Of a stretch of DNA of 64,000 nt, positions 12,915 to 25,929 are shown in pieces. The DNA is from Hypanus sabinus (Eukaryota). The translations under genes were made by a program, and so were the position numbers. Within the stretch, counting starts at the first letter, position 1. Each line of letters opens with the position of its first letter. The notes under the pieces are model-generated. The model had not been told where the DNA came from. It was given only the letters and a program-made list of their open reading frames with translations, and ran no database searches. The stretch is taken from the NCBI RefSeq assembly GCF_030144855.1, contig NC_082708.1, positions 45,136,001 through 45,200,000 of the forward strand, written 5' to 3'.

Positions 12915-15060
12915 CCATAAGACTATGAGACCACAAGATATAAAAGCATAATTAGGCCATTTGGCCCATCAAATCTGCTCTGCAATTTCATCATGGCTGA
13001 TCTATTTCGCTCTCAACCCCACTCTCCTGTCAACCTCTGCCTAAATACACCAATTACTTGGCCTCTACAGCCACCTGTGGCAAAAAAATTCTACTTGTTC
13101 ACCACCCTCTGGCTAAAGAAATTCCTCCTCATCTCTGTTCTAAATAGACACCCCTCTATTCTGAGAATGTGCCCTCTGATCCTAGATTCCCCTGCTATAG
13201 GAAACATCCTGTCCACATCTACTCTATCTAGGACTTCCAATATTCAATAGATTTCAATGAGATCATTCCTCTAAACTCCAGAAAGTACAGGACTAGGGCC
13301 ATCAAACTCTCCACTTACATTAACTCTTTCATTTTTGGAATCTTTCCCCCCATTATAGGAAACATCTTCTCCACATCTACTCTATCTAGGCCTTTCAACA
13401 TTCAATAGGATTCATTAAATTCCCGCCCCCCCCCCCCCATTCTCCTAAACTCCATCAAGTACAGGCCCAGAGCCAAAAAAAGCTGCCCATTTCATTTTTC
13501 TGAACCTCCTATGAACGCCTTCCAATGTCAGCACATCCTTTCTTAGATGGGGCTCAAAATCTGCTCACAATACTGTGAGGCCTCACCATTACTTTATAAA
13601 TTCTCAGTATTATATGCTTGTTTTTATATTGTAATCCTCTCAAAATGAATGCTAACATTGCATTTGCTTTCCTCACCACTGACTCAATTGGCAAATTAAC
13701 ACTTAGGGAATTCTGCAAAAGGACTTCAAAGTCCCTTTGTACCTTGGATTTTTGAATTTTCAGACATTTCAAAGATAGTCTATGCTTTTGTTCTTTCTAC
13801 CAAAGTGTATGACCATACACTTCCTAAAAATATATTCCATCTGCCACTTCTTTGCTCATTCTCCTACATCCTTCTGCAGCCTCTCTGCTTCCTTAACACT
13901 ACCTACCCCTCCACCTCTCTTCATATCATCTGCAGATATTGTCCACAAAGCCATCAATTCTATCATCCAAATCATTGAGATACAATGTAAGAAGAAGCGG
14001 TCCCAACACCGACCCTTGTGGAATACCACTAGTCACCAGCAGCCCATCAGAAAAGGCTCCCTTTATTCCTACTCTTTGCCCCCTGCTAATAAGCCAATGC
14101 TCTGTCCATTCTGATATCGTTCCTGTAATACTATGGGCTCTTACCTTGCCAAGCAGTCTCAATTGCAGCACCTTATCAAATGTCTTCTGAAAATCCTAAT
14201 TGCTATTTCTTTAAAGAATTCCAACAGATTTGTCAGGCAAGCTATTCCCTTAAGGAAACCATGCTGACTTTGGCCTATTTTATCAAGTGCTTTCGACTAC
14301 CCTGAGATCTCATCCTTAACAATTGACTCCAACAGCTTCACAACCACTGAGATCAGGCTAACTGGCCTATAAGTTCCTTTCTTCTGCCTCCTTCCCTTCT
14401 TCAAGAGTGGAGTAACTTCTGCAATATTCCCATCCTCCAGAACCATGTTAGAATCTATTGATTCTCGAAGTATCATTAATAATGCCTCCACAATCTCTTC
14501 AGCTACCTCTTTCAGAACCCTGGTCCAGGTGGCTATCTACCTTCAGACTAGTCAGTTTCCCAAGCATCTGTTCCCTAGTAATAACAACTGCACTCATTTC
14601 TGCTACCTGACACTCTTAAAATTATGGCATACTGCTAGTGTCTTCAATAGTGAAGATTGATACAAGATAATTGTTCATTTACCATTTCCTTTTGGTCATT
14701 GCTACCTGTCCAGTATCATTTTCCACCAATCTGATATCTACACTCACCTCTCTTTTACTCTTGAAATATCTGAAAAACTTTAGATATCTTCTTTGATATT
14801 ACTGGTTAGCTTATCTTCATATTTCATCTTTTCATTCCTTATTACCTTTTAGTTGTCATCTGTTGGTTTTAAAAAGCTTCTCAATCCTCTAACTTCCCAC
14901 TATTTTTTGCTATATTATATACCTTCTCTTTGGCTTTTATGTTGGCTTTGACTTCCCATGTCAACCATGCTTGTGTCTCTCCACCTTTAGAATGCTTTTT
15001 CTTCTTTGGGATGTATCTATCCTGTGCCTTCTGAATTGCTCCCAGAAACTCCAGCCACTG
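12915..15060 (-). mobile_element. CR1 LINE, ~2.1 kb 5'-truncated copy with an internal duplication
   Basis: YRPVSLISVVVKLLESI and VTSGIPQGSVLGPLLLTLYLNDLDD RT motifs; CR1 3' UTR with ACCATAAG-like tail at ~12915; multiple frameshifts. Confidence 0.92.
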
Positions 15061-15761
15061 TAGGAAAAACGTGATAGCAATAGAGAAAGTGCAGAAGTGG
15101 TTCGCCAGACTGTTATCTAGTTACAGAGAGATAGCATAAGCCATATGGAAGTTGTGGTAAGGCGAGGTTAAAGACAACATGCAGGCAAGGATAACTTGGG
15201 CAGTTATAGTCAAGTGAGACCTTTGACATGAGACCATCAGAGAGCTCGAGACAAGAGACCTGACAGTGTACTCAAGCTGGACAAGTCAGGCCTCAGTAGT
15301 GAGATTTTTCATCCTAAAACATAGCATCACTTTACACAAAAACAGGTGCTGGAGATATTCAAGATAGGAATAATGGAAGGTTGTGAAATTCACCCAACAA
15401 CTAAGGGACAATTGCTCTACTAACTTCAAAAAGTCATCAGCTGTCAGCTTGAAGTTTTGATTGATTTTTAGCACCTTTATTGTGAATTGCGATTGATTTT
15501 GCAAGTAAGAAATTCAAACATATACAATTTACCAAATGGTCAATGTCTGGAACTGAGAAGCCTATTTGCATAAAATTAGCAGTTTCTCTTCAGACTTCAG
15601 AATCATGTGAGTGACAGGGGCCATGCTGTTCCCCTTGTGCACAGTGAAATAAATTATGTTTGTGTCATAAGAGTGTGTGTGTGTTCTACACCCAGTTATT
15701 TTAGTTATTTCTTTTCTTTTATTATTGGCAATGACAGCTGTGTTTATTCACACTTCAGTAT

Positions 15762-16125
15762 AGGGTGACCTTGTAGAGATTTATAAAATCACAAGGGACA
15801 TAGATAGTGTAGTTTGTCACAGTCATTTTCTCAGGGCAGGAAAGCCTAGAACTAGACACCATGGATTTCGCGTGAGAGGGGAGACATTTTAAGGAGATAT
15901 GAGTTGTCAGGTTAAGAGAGTAGTGAATGTCTGGAATGAGCTGCTAGAGGGTGAGTGGAGGCAGACATGATCACACACTGAAAAGGCATTTAGAGGATCC
16001 CCGGATAGGGAAGGAGTAGGATAGACCTAATGTGGGCAAATGGGATTCACATAGATTGGCATCTTGATTGGAATAGGTGAGGTGGACTGAAACAGCCTGT
16101 TTCTGTACTGTATGCTTATGTGATT
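15762..16125 (+). mobile_element. CR1 LINE 3' end
   Basis: GGGTGACCTTGTAGAG.TTTATAAAATC (GDLVEIYKI), WNELL, and the 3' UTR GGACTGAA..CCTGTTTCTGT.CTGTATG. Confidence 0.8.
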
Positions 16126-16439
16126 CAATGAATGGGGTAGATTTTCATGGCATTGATTCTGCTGAATTCTGCAACAGATAGATCACCTGATCTAGCAATT
16201 TACTGCACATTAATAAAGATTGAAATCTGCCCACAAATCTGAGCTTTACAGTGGGAACTTTCCAAAGGAGAGGCCATGTTCCCACTGTTGACATCTGAGA
16301 TCTCTCCTGAAATAGCCACTGCACTGGAAAGTGTCACTGCCCATCCAGATAGAGGACAACCCCAAACCACAATGAACTGTATTAGAAAATAATCTTGCCT
16401 TCTGGCAGCAGCCAGTCAATAATACTCAAGCTCTCTGTA

Positions 16440-16675
16440 AGGAGTTTAACTGTATGGAGTTTGTCCCTGTGATTGTGTAAATTTCCAGCTGGTGCGCTGG
16501 TTTGCCCCTCATTCCAAATGGATACAGTTTGGATAAGTTGTGGGTATGCAATGCTGGTGCTGGAAACATGGTGTCACTTGCAAGCTGCCCCTAACACAAC
16601 CTCATCAATGCAACAATGCATTTCACTGTGTTTCAAAGGTTTGATGTATATGTGACAAATAAAGCTAATATTTAA
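16440..16675 (+). mobile_element. Degenerate V-SINE-related element
   Basis: TGTATGGAGTTTGT..TTTCC..GGTGC.CTGGTTT.CC.C.CATTCCAAA resembles the V-domain; tail TGTGACAAATAAAGCTAA. Confidence 0.55.
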
Positions 16676-19600
16676 ATGTTTAATCTGAGATTTTGTGCAT
16701 CTGACTACACAGGGACCCATTAGGATCTTCCTGCCTCCATGAACTGTGGTAGCGTAGTGAAGTTTTATTGTAGGAGAATGAATTCATCACCAGAAAACAA
16801 TTTGGCAGTTAACATTTATTGAGTAAACGAATTTGAAAGGATTGAAAGTGATGTCGCAAGAAACTATGCTTAATTAATGATCCCTAGTCAGGTAATTAAT
16901 AATAAATAAATATTTAAAATGCTTGAGATGCCTATTAATATACTTGTTCCTAAAGAAAGATTAATATTTTATGTCCCTTAGAAGGGCTGCAAAAAGCACA
17001 ACTGTCAGAACTTGCCAATGACTTGAGCTCAATCTGGGCTGCGGCCATTCTTGTGAGTTGAGTTCTCTTCTAGAGCAATGTTTTTAAAGCATCAGGACAG
17101 AACATGGACAGTTAATTTGCTAGTGGTAACCTGAGCTTGAAATTTCTCTCTTTTTTTGTCAATTTCAATCAAATTTTATTAATGCATTCATTGCAACCTG
17201 ATGGAAATTCTTGCCTGAGCCAGTCTAGCCCCCGTCCACTGGTGAAAAGTAAAGAAGTCTCCCATAAAGACCCCATGAATCTTTATGGGATCAAACTGAT
17301 CCCATGAATCAGTTTGCTCTCATTTCCATACTTATCCTCATCTTGAACAACTCTGAAGGAGTAGGTTGGAATCTTTCACAAAAGCAGTCAAATGAATATT
17401 TTCTTTGGAATAAGATTCTTTGAAATCCCTGACCGTAGAGATTTGTGAATATGTAAGTCAATGCTGAGTCTGGTGGATTTTTAAACTTTAGAGGAATGAA
17501 GGGTTTTAGGGATCTGGCAGGAAGATTGACTTGATTTGAAAGAGCAGCCATAATCTTCTGGCCTTCTGATCTACTTCTTCTGGTTGTTTTGATTCTTAAT
17601 GTGTTGCAAAACATGATTCTCAGTATCAGACTGTACACGGCTTTGAGGATATAGGGATAAATGCTTAATTTCAAGAGTCAGAAATTAATAAACTGAAAAT
17701 ATTTGGAGTAATAAACATTGAAAGAACTTAAAACATACCAGTCTTGCACACCTTTCCCATCTAAGTATTCATTTTGCTGTGGTTGCCATGGAAATGGTGG
17801 CCTGAATTCATCTTTCAGCAATGTGGACTATGGCCAGTGTATTTGAATGGAGCATGCAATTATATTGTTAATAGCATGGTTTGTATAATTTGTGTTCATT
17901 CTCTTTGGATATAAATGTCATTCCACATGTTTAAATTTATTAATTACATTCTACAACATAATTGGTTTCAATTTCCCCTCCTAGTTTTACCTGAGGTGGA
18001 TCATGACTGCCCCGGGTGAAGTGTTACCATACACCATTGGGGATGAGAGCTAGATTAAATAATTATCATTTTCCAAGCACAACTGCATCACATGACTGGA
18101 CTTCCAACTGTGATCCTCCAGAGGAGCATAAAGCATGTTTCCCTCAGTGACCATATTACATGTAGATCCATCATTTAAAGTTTCAGTGGTGATGTTATGA
18201 AGTTTAACATACTCATACAAAACAGCATTCATTAGATCTTCTTAATTTTGAATTAATCTTTGTTTTGGAGGCATTGTAGAATAGCCTGGATAGATTCCAA
18301 AGAAATGATAAAACCAGCAACCATGTCAACATTAATTGTATAAAATTAGATTTATTCAACTACCTGCAAAATGTTTGTACTTGTAATATAACCGATTATT
18401 CAATTTATTAGCAAAATATTTCCCCCAGGTTTCTTTCATCTTGTAATCTCTGCTTAAATCTCCATGGAGATATTCATTTTTAAGATTGTGATGCTGGATT
18501 TAGGCAGCTGAGTTCTGTCAGTTGCTGACAGTCTGTTGAACCAGGCACTGAGGGAATGAGCAATGCCACACACACCTTATCTGTATAAACCAAAGGCTTT
18601 TATCTAATTTTCCCCCTTTATCTACTGTTGATGACAAATGACATTATTTCTTGTAAAGTATGCAAAGAATGAGCTTCTTGTATCAAGCAGCTTGCTCTAA
18701 AAAATCAGAAAAGAGAGGTAAGTTGTTAGGAATATCACTGGGATTTTTGTGGATACCACACTTTGATGTTACTGACAAGGGATTGTTATAGGTTTGGCAT
18801 AATATGAAATTCAGAACTGAAAAAGTATTAAAGCATTCTATAGCTGAGGTGAAAGTAAAATACAAATGCTCATTACTTCATAACTTAGAGTAATGTGTGT
18901 TTACCTAAGGTGCACGGTGTTTTATGATTTTAGAAGCTTTGAGGCAGAACTTGAAGAATGTGAAATAAGTCATACCCATATCTCCAAAACATAGAGATTT
19001 CCCAATTTCTGATATTTGCTCTCGGGGTCTTGAAGGAGAAACCAAATATACCAGGTAAGACAATGAAAGACTCTATCATCCGTAGACAATTTTCCTGCAT
19101 AGCTCAAGCAAATATTTCCAGTGAACAAACACCTGTGAAGCGCATTGGAAAGTATGACATAGGGAGAAACATCTGAGAGAATATAATTGCCAAAATAGAG
19201 AAACTAGACTGATAGATGGACAACCAGGTCTGCATATCTGCCTGAAAATTTCATGGTTACTCTAACGGATGGTTTTTAAGACATTTAGTTAAAATTTAAT
19301 TTTAATCTGCACCTGTTTCAAATCCTTTTCCTTTGCTCAGTGTCTGAATACTGTGACAATAGATTTACTGAGCAAACATATGTGAAACGGAAGAGAAGGG
19401 CACCACTATGGCATCATGGCACTATTTCTAAAGTGCACATTCCAGTCTGGCATGTTGCTTTTCTAAATGGAATGCACAATATGTTGATGATGTTCATCCC
19501 TCAGAGCCCTCTGCACGCTGAACTTTGCTTTCTTTTTAATTTTCTTTAAACCTTTCATGCTTGTACTGAAAATTCAGAAGTAGCATTTCAGGTCACTGTA

Positions 19601-19860
19601 AGAAAGATGATTTGAAAATGTTTTAGATTCTGTATCTTAATCCAATAACTGAATGTATTTTGGTCCCCTCCTACTTTTTTTGCAGGGCTTCTAATTAATA
19701 TTGCACAGCATCCAATTGCATATTCCCTCACATAAAATATACAAGTTGGTTGAATTTTTAAAGTAAGACCAATGGAACACATGAAGATCATTTTATCAAG
19801 ATCTTTCTGTGGATGCCAACTAATGGTATTTTCTTCTGTAAATCCAGTTTCTGTACTTCC

Positions 19861-21105
19861 TGAGCAGGTCAGGCAGCAGATACAAAAATGAACTAATAGT
19901 CAATGTTTCAAGCCAACACCCTTCATCAAGACTGAAAAGGAAGAGGGAAGAGGCCAGAATAAAAAGGTGGGGAGAGAGGAAGACATTAGGTAAATGGAGG
20001 TGTGTGGGAAATGTAAAGGGCTGAGGAAGAAGGAATCTGATAGGAGAGGAGAGTGTACCATGGGAAAAATGGAAGGTGGAGCTCCACCAGGAGAAAGTGG
20101 TATGCAGGTGAGGAGAAGAGATAAGAGGCCAGAGCAGAGAATAAAAGAAGATGGAAAGAGGTGGAGAAAAAAAAAAGTGAAAAAAAGATTACTGGAAGGA
20201 AAAATCAATGTTCATGCCATCGGGTTGGAGGTAACCTAGACAGAATATGAGGTGTTGCTCCTCCACCCTGAGAATGGACTCATTGTGACAAAAGAGTAAG
20301 TCATGGACCAATATGTCATAATGGGATAGAGGATAGGAATTAAATTGTTGACCACCGGGAAATTCCACTTTTGGCAGATGAAACAGTGGTGCTCAACAAA
20401 GTGGTCCCCCAATTTACATCGGGTCTCACCAATGTAGAAGATCAGATACTCCAGATACAACAGATTTGCAGATGAAGTGGTGCTTCACCTGGAGGGACTG
20501 TTTGGGCCCCTGAATGAAGATGAGGGATGAGGTGAATGGGCAAATGTAGCATTTCTGTTACTTGCAGGGATATGTGCCAGAAGGGTTGTTAGTGGAGATG
20601 GACAAATAGACAAGGGAATAATGGAGCAATCCTTGTGGCAAGCGGAGAGTGGGGGGTGGAGGAGTAAAGGTTTGTTTGGTGGTCGGATCCCATTAAAGAT
20701 GATGGAAGTTGCAGATAATTATGTGTTTGGATGTGGAGACTCATGGGGTGATAGGTCAGATCAAAAGGAACTCTATCCATGTGAAGGCACTGGGAAAATG
20801 CGGTGACCACTGATGTCAAGAAAATGAAGAAGATGCAGTTGAGGTAAGTATCAATGGGTGAGAAAGGGAAATCCTATTCTTTGAAGAAGGAGAACATCTC
20901 TGATGTCCTGTAAAGGAAAGCTTCATCCTGGGAACAGATGTGGCAGAGACGAAGAAGCTGAAAAAAGAGAATAGCATTTTTGCAGGAGACAGGTTGGGAA
21001 GAGGTATAGTCAAGATAGCCCAGGAAATTGGAAGGTTTATAAAAAAATGTCAGTAGACGGCTTATCTCCAGAGATGGAGAAAGGGGAGAGAGGTATCAGA
21101 AATGC
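19861..21105 (-). mobile_element. Penelope-like element 3' portion with GIY-YIG endonuclease remnant
   Basis: FYIGETRCKLGDHFVEH (GIY-YIG YIGxT..L..RF.EH) and DRVPFDLTYHPMSLHIQ; purine/pyrimidine-skewed UTR; terminal hammerhead motif. Confidence 0.85.
19898..19933 (-). ncRNA. Degenerate minimal type I hammerhead ribozyme motif
   Basis: Minus strand AGTC-TTGATGA-AGGGTGTTGGCTT-GAAA-CATT-GACT; stem I AGTC/GACT intact, core C>T. Confidence 0.6.
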
Positions 21106-21198
21106 ATTTCTTTACTGCATAAGCTCTTTGCCCAATTGGCTCCAAACCCAATCTAAAATCAAAATTGCACAGATGTCCAGAATTTTTTCCTATTTTAT

Positions 21199-21448
21199 AG
21201 AGTCATAGAAAACCATAGCACACAAACAGATCCTTTGGCCCATCTAGTCTGTGCTGAGCCATGTATATTGCCTTATCCCATCAACCTGCACTGGGACCAT
21301 AGCTCTCGATACCACTTCCATCCACATACCTATCCAAGCTTCTCTTAAACATTGAAATCAAAATCACATCCGCCACTTGTGCTGGCAGCTCACTCCACGC
21401 TCTCACCACCCTCTGTGAGAAGAAATTACCCCTCATGTTCCCACAAAG
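21199..21448 (-). mobile_element. CR1 LINE 3' end
   Basis: MRGNFFSQRVVRAWSELP..FKRSLDRYVD. Confidence 0.9.
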
Positions 21449-21589
21449 AGAATCCCACATTCCCACAGAAATCGTTGGGTGAATATGTCATAACTAGGTC
21501 AAATGACAAGTAATATGCCATTGTTTTCAAATTTTCATTTGTAATGCTATGAACAGTAACATTTTAGGTCACTGGGAAGTATTAATAAG

Positions 21590-22125
21590 ACAGTATAGCT
21601 AAGGAACAGGCCTTTTAGCCCACAATAATGTGCCAAACTATTTAAACAAATAATTAAATATCTAACTAGACCAACCCTTTCTGTATTCATAATTCCTATT
21701 TTCTGCAATATTCATGTCCCTATCTAAGAGCCTCTTAAAAATGTCTATCATACTTGTCTCTACCATCACCCCTGGCAGCACATTCCAGGCACCCACCACT
21801 CTCTGTGTAAAATAACTTCCCCTACACACCTTCCTTGATCTTATCCCTTTCTCACTTTAAATGCATGCCGTCTAGTATTCGACCTACCGACCCTGGGAAA
21901 AAGATACTGGCTATCTACTTTGCCTATATCTTTCAAAATCTTATAAACCTCTAATAGGTCTCCCGTCAGTCTCTTGAGGAAACAAATCACCTCATAGGAA
22001 ACACCCTCTAATCTAGGCGGCATCCCAGTAAGCGTCTTTTGCACCCTCTTCCATGGTGTGCATCAATACTGTTAAGGATCTTGCTATTAACAGAGTACTG
22101 CCTCTTTACATTTGATCTCCTAAAG
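21590..22125 (-). mobile_element. CR1 LINE 3' portion
   Basis: RLTGDLLEVYKILKDIGKVDSQYLFPRVGRSNTRRHAFKVR. Confidence 0.9.
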
Positions 22126-24427
22126 TTATTACACAATATTTATCGGAAGTACAGATTCAGATTGTTTATAGTATTTTGCACATTGAGAAGAATGTGTATT
22201 TTTGAAGACCCTTTTAATGTCAATTTTTTCGTTGTTAATGTTCATCATAACAAAATAAAACCATCATTATTTATTGTCCAATGCATTAAGCATTTTGGCC
22301 CCATTTAGACCTATAAATTAGTTAATGTGGTCAAAGTGACATCCCAAGCAGATGACACCACAGTCATGCCTCCACCATACAGTATAATAAATAGAGGTAA
22401 AACTCAGAACTCACAGAGAAACCCACATTTAATCATTTTTAGCAATTGTGCCCTTCAATTTAACAATATTTGTTTTGCTTAAATGATTTTAGACACAAAA
22501 CAATGAATGGCGCCAAGTTCCTAGTGGGCTTGCTTCGTGTGTGTGCCAGCTGAGCTCTATACTGCTGCTCGTTTTTCAGGCCTGTCTGCCACACTTCTCC
22601 AAAGATTGGCTGACCTTTCTCATCCAGTTGGCCTAAATTATCACACAAAAAAACTGTAAACTCTCACAATCTTATTTTGCTGCTTTTTACATTTTCAACA
22701 ATCAAAGGACCTTAGTACAGATCTACTTTACAGCCTTACAAATAATTTATCTGAGGTTTCCTTTTCAACATCAATCAGTGTTCCTGTATTAAGGACATTT
22801 CCACGCCCTGGTACAGGTTTACTTCAATAAATTACATAGGAGCTGATCAAAGGAACTGTGTTTTCTCAGCTGATTGCATTGCCACACACAATGTTCTTAT
22901 CAGATATCAGCAGTATAGTGGCTGGCACAGATTTAAAGAGCTCCTCTGGTTCTGCTGTTGGAAATGCTGGTAGTGGGCGATTGCTGCACATGTCATACTT
23001 TTCTCTTCTTTCAAGCATGATAAGTTTGTAAGTTGGTCATCTAAAATGTCCTTTCAAGGCTAGATAATGGAGGTAGATTAATGCTTAGCTCATATGTATT
23101 TAAAACTCACTGTTTATACCACCAAAAAAAACACCAAAACATTTTGGTGCAGTCAACCATGGTACTAGCCTGTCACCAATAGGGGAAAAAGAAACGTATG
23201 ATTTTGATGACTTCATGCACCAGGTGCTGAGCGTGGCGGGGGATGTATGGATTGATTGGGCCTTTATTGTATGCAAAAGTTGGCTGCTCAGTTTTTCTGT
23301 TATTCCCATGACATAAAATCCTTACAATAAATTGACTGGTGCATAGCAGCCTCAGCAATGCATACATTGGGCCCAATAATTATGACAAAATTGTGGCACG
23401 CATTTTCACTACAAAGGATTTTTGGCACATGTGCAAAGATAGAGAGAAAAAAAATCACAAGTCAATGTGCACATGCAATGAATTTGCACAGTTTGTACTT
23501 TCCTTTCTTTTGTTCCTGATCAATCAGGCACAACGTATGAATAATGTAGAACTGATACACTTGGCAGGGAGTGAGCTCTTGCAGGGTTCTCCAATGGCAG
23601 ACAACTTGGGTACTGTGAAACACAGTGGTACAGCCTGGTAGAATATGTGTTTAACCAGTGATTCCAACACTGGGTGGCACAGAGAGCAGCTGGTTAACTC
23701 AGTCAATTATACTTGCTGCTAAAGGATGTATAAGAGGGAGGGCACTGCCATGGTGAAACTCCATGTTAGATAAAAACAGACAAGTCATCGATTAGCAATT
23801 ATACAAGATTCAGCATTTCCTCTGAAACAGTAGCATTAATATTTTATCTGCAAATATGAAACTAGGTTTTGTGCTTCATTTCTTGTATTTTAGACACCTT
23901 TTATGAAAGAAAATAAAAACAAACTTTGTCTTCTTTCTCTTCAGTAAATTATGCCATAAATTGCAACAGATAAGAACAGCGCTAATAGTTTTCACTGGCA
24001 AGGAATATGAATATTTAATTCTGTACCAAGCACAGTGTGAAACAGATTGTGCTGGTGAAAATCAGCCCAGTAACCTCTTTTGGTTGAAAGCTATTTCTGG
24101 GTCTCCTCTGATTTGCTGTGGTGACCAGAATTAATCCTGCCCTATGGTATTTTTCTGAACAGATTGCTCTTTGTGTTGCTTCTAAAATAATTTCCGAAGC
24201 ATGATGATACTTGTGTGTATGGAAATTCTCATAATAATTGCAGACCTAGAGCTTAATTTTCCTTCATTACCTGCCTCTACTTCAGCTCACAGGAATGGAA
24301 GATAACTGAATTCTTTTAGTAAGGGTAGCCACTGCATGGCAGTGGTACAGCATTGGTTTGTCCATAGACAAGGAGGCCCGATTGGAGACAAAGCTCTACT
24401 GCATAGATAGTGAGCGCACGCACACAC

Positions 24428-24432
<5 letters not shown>

Positions 24433-24496
<64 letters not shown>
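24433..24496. repeat. (CT)32 microsatellite flanked by CA/CG dinucleotide runs
   Basis: Perfect CT run. Confidence 0.99.
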
Positions 24497-24501
<5 letters not shown>

Positions 24502-25358
24502 AATACATGTAGCCCATGCATGCACGCACACACACGCAGAAAAGAAATCATAAATGCATACACAGATGTACAAAATTCTCCCAAGAACCCTTCAGCCATA
24601 CAGATGGTGCAGCCTGACAGCCTGGAATGCTCAGATCAAGAGCTCCTAGAGTTCTGTCGATGGACTAGTGGCTCCCAACACACTACTTCTGGTCAATGGA
24701 GTCAGAGTTGGAGCAAGTCCTCATCACCAATCAGCATACACAATAACACAGACTTTGGGGCCGTTTTGCTTCGGTGCTGCGCCCACGTTCTCTGCCCCTG
24801 CACTATCTCATAGGCTCCAACGTCGTCCGTGAATTGTTGCCTGTCAGGTAGGGTCCACACAGTTAAAATTGACCTGGAATCCAGCCAGATAAAATAGGAC
24901 TGCAATTTGTACACATCTCTGACGTTTCCACATAATGTAGGTAGTGGAACTCTACAGAATAATAGCGGTTATTCTGGAGCATGGTGGTGATCTGTTCACA
25001 ATGAGATTACCTAACATGGGTAATGTTACAATTATTCCAAAGCTTCCTCAGTTTCACAGACAATTTAAAAGCCTATCAAGATCCATCATCCTGATATTGT
25101 TGAGTGCAGATTAACACTGAATCCAAGAGCAGATTTCCTCTCAGTTAGTATTTCGGTTTGATCCCCAGTCGGATGCATCCGTACCATTGCAACAGTCAGG
25201 ACACATGAGGCTAGAAAATCTGCTCTGAAAACCTTTGACCTGCCTCTCACCTAATACCTCATGAGCTGTAAGCTAAGCCCAGGCTTTAGTTCATGTGCTG
25301 AAACCTGTTATCCATTTTGCACAATACCCTCCTTAACCCCTCGAATTTGATGCATGTG

Positions 25359-25551
25359 AGTGTGGATTTTATATACCTATAAACCAGAACACATATTAAA
25401 AATTTCTGGCATGGGAGTCAGCAACTTTGCTGGAATTTTTTGTAATGGACAGGCACACCTTTGGATCTCCGCTGACCTCTGAGCCCCATCGAATTCCTAT
25501 CATGCACTCCCAGTGAAAGAGGCTCAAAGCGGAAATTGTAAAATCCACACT
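25359..25551. mobile_element. MITE-like element with 13-bp terminal inverted repeats
   Basis: AGTGTGGATTTTA (25359-25371) and TAAAATCCACACT (25539-25551) are exact reverse complements. Confidence 0.55.
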
Positions 25552-25929
25552 GTATGTGATCTGTTACCTGCCAGTGGCAATTTTATTTTAAGCAGACACT
25601 TACTGAAGTTGTTGAGTACCCATTTAAACAAGGCACTGATTTAAAGTATGTCCTGTCCTTTTGCAGATTGCACTCTTAATTGGAGAGTCATTATTAGCCA
25701 CGTGTGGTTACTTTGCTCATGTTTCCATTGCTTAACATAATTTTTCTTTCAACTCTAGATTTGCTTATTGCTCTAATGCTCTGATTCAGTTTATTCACAA
25801 ACCTCTATTTTCCATTTCTAGTTCTTTATAAATTAAACCACTAAGGGCACTTTGTTGCTTTTTTGGAGGAGGAGGATGCGGATCTAAGGGTTCAGTGGTG
25901 GAGATATCAGGTTCACATCCAAGTGGAAT

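Noticed and set aside
18934-19054. Plus-strand exon candidate with a CAG|GTAAGA donor
   Set aside because: All three frames contain stops from the best acceptor; a non-coding exon cannot be supported from sequence alone.
24316-24813. ORFs with ER/SL dipeptide runs (also 58613-59049)
   Set aside because: Microsatellite translations.
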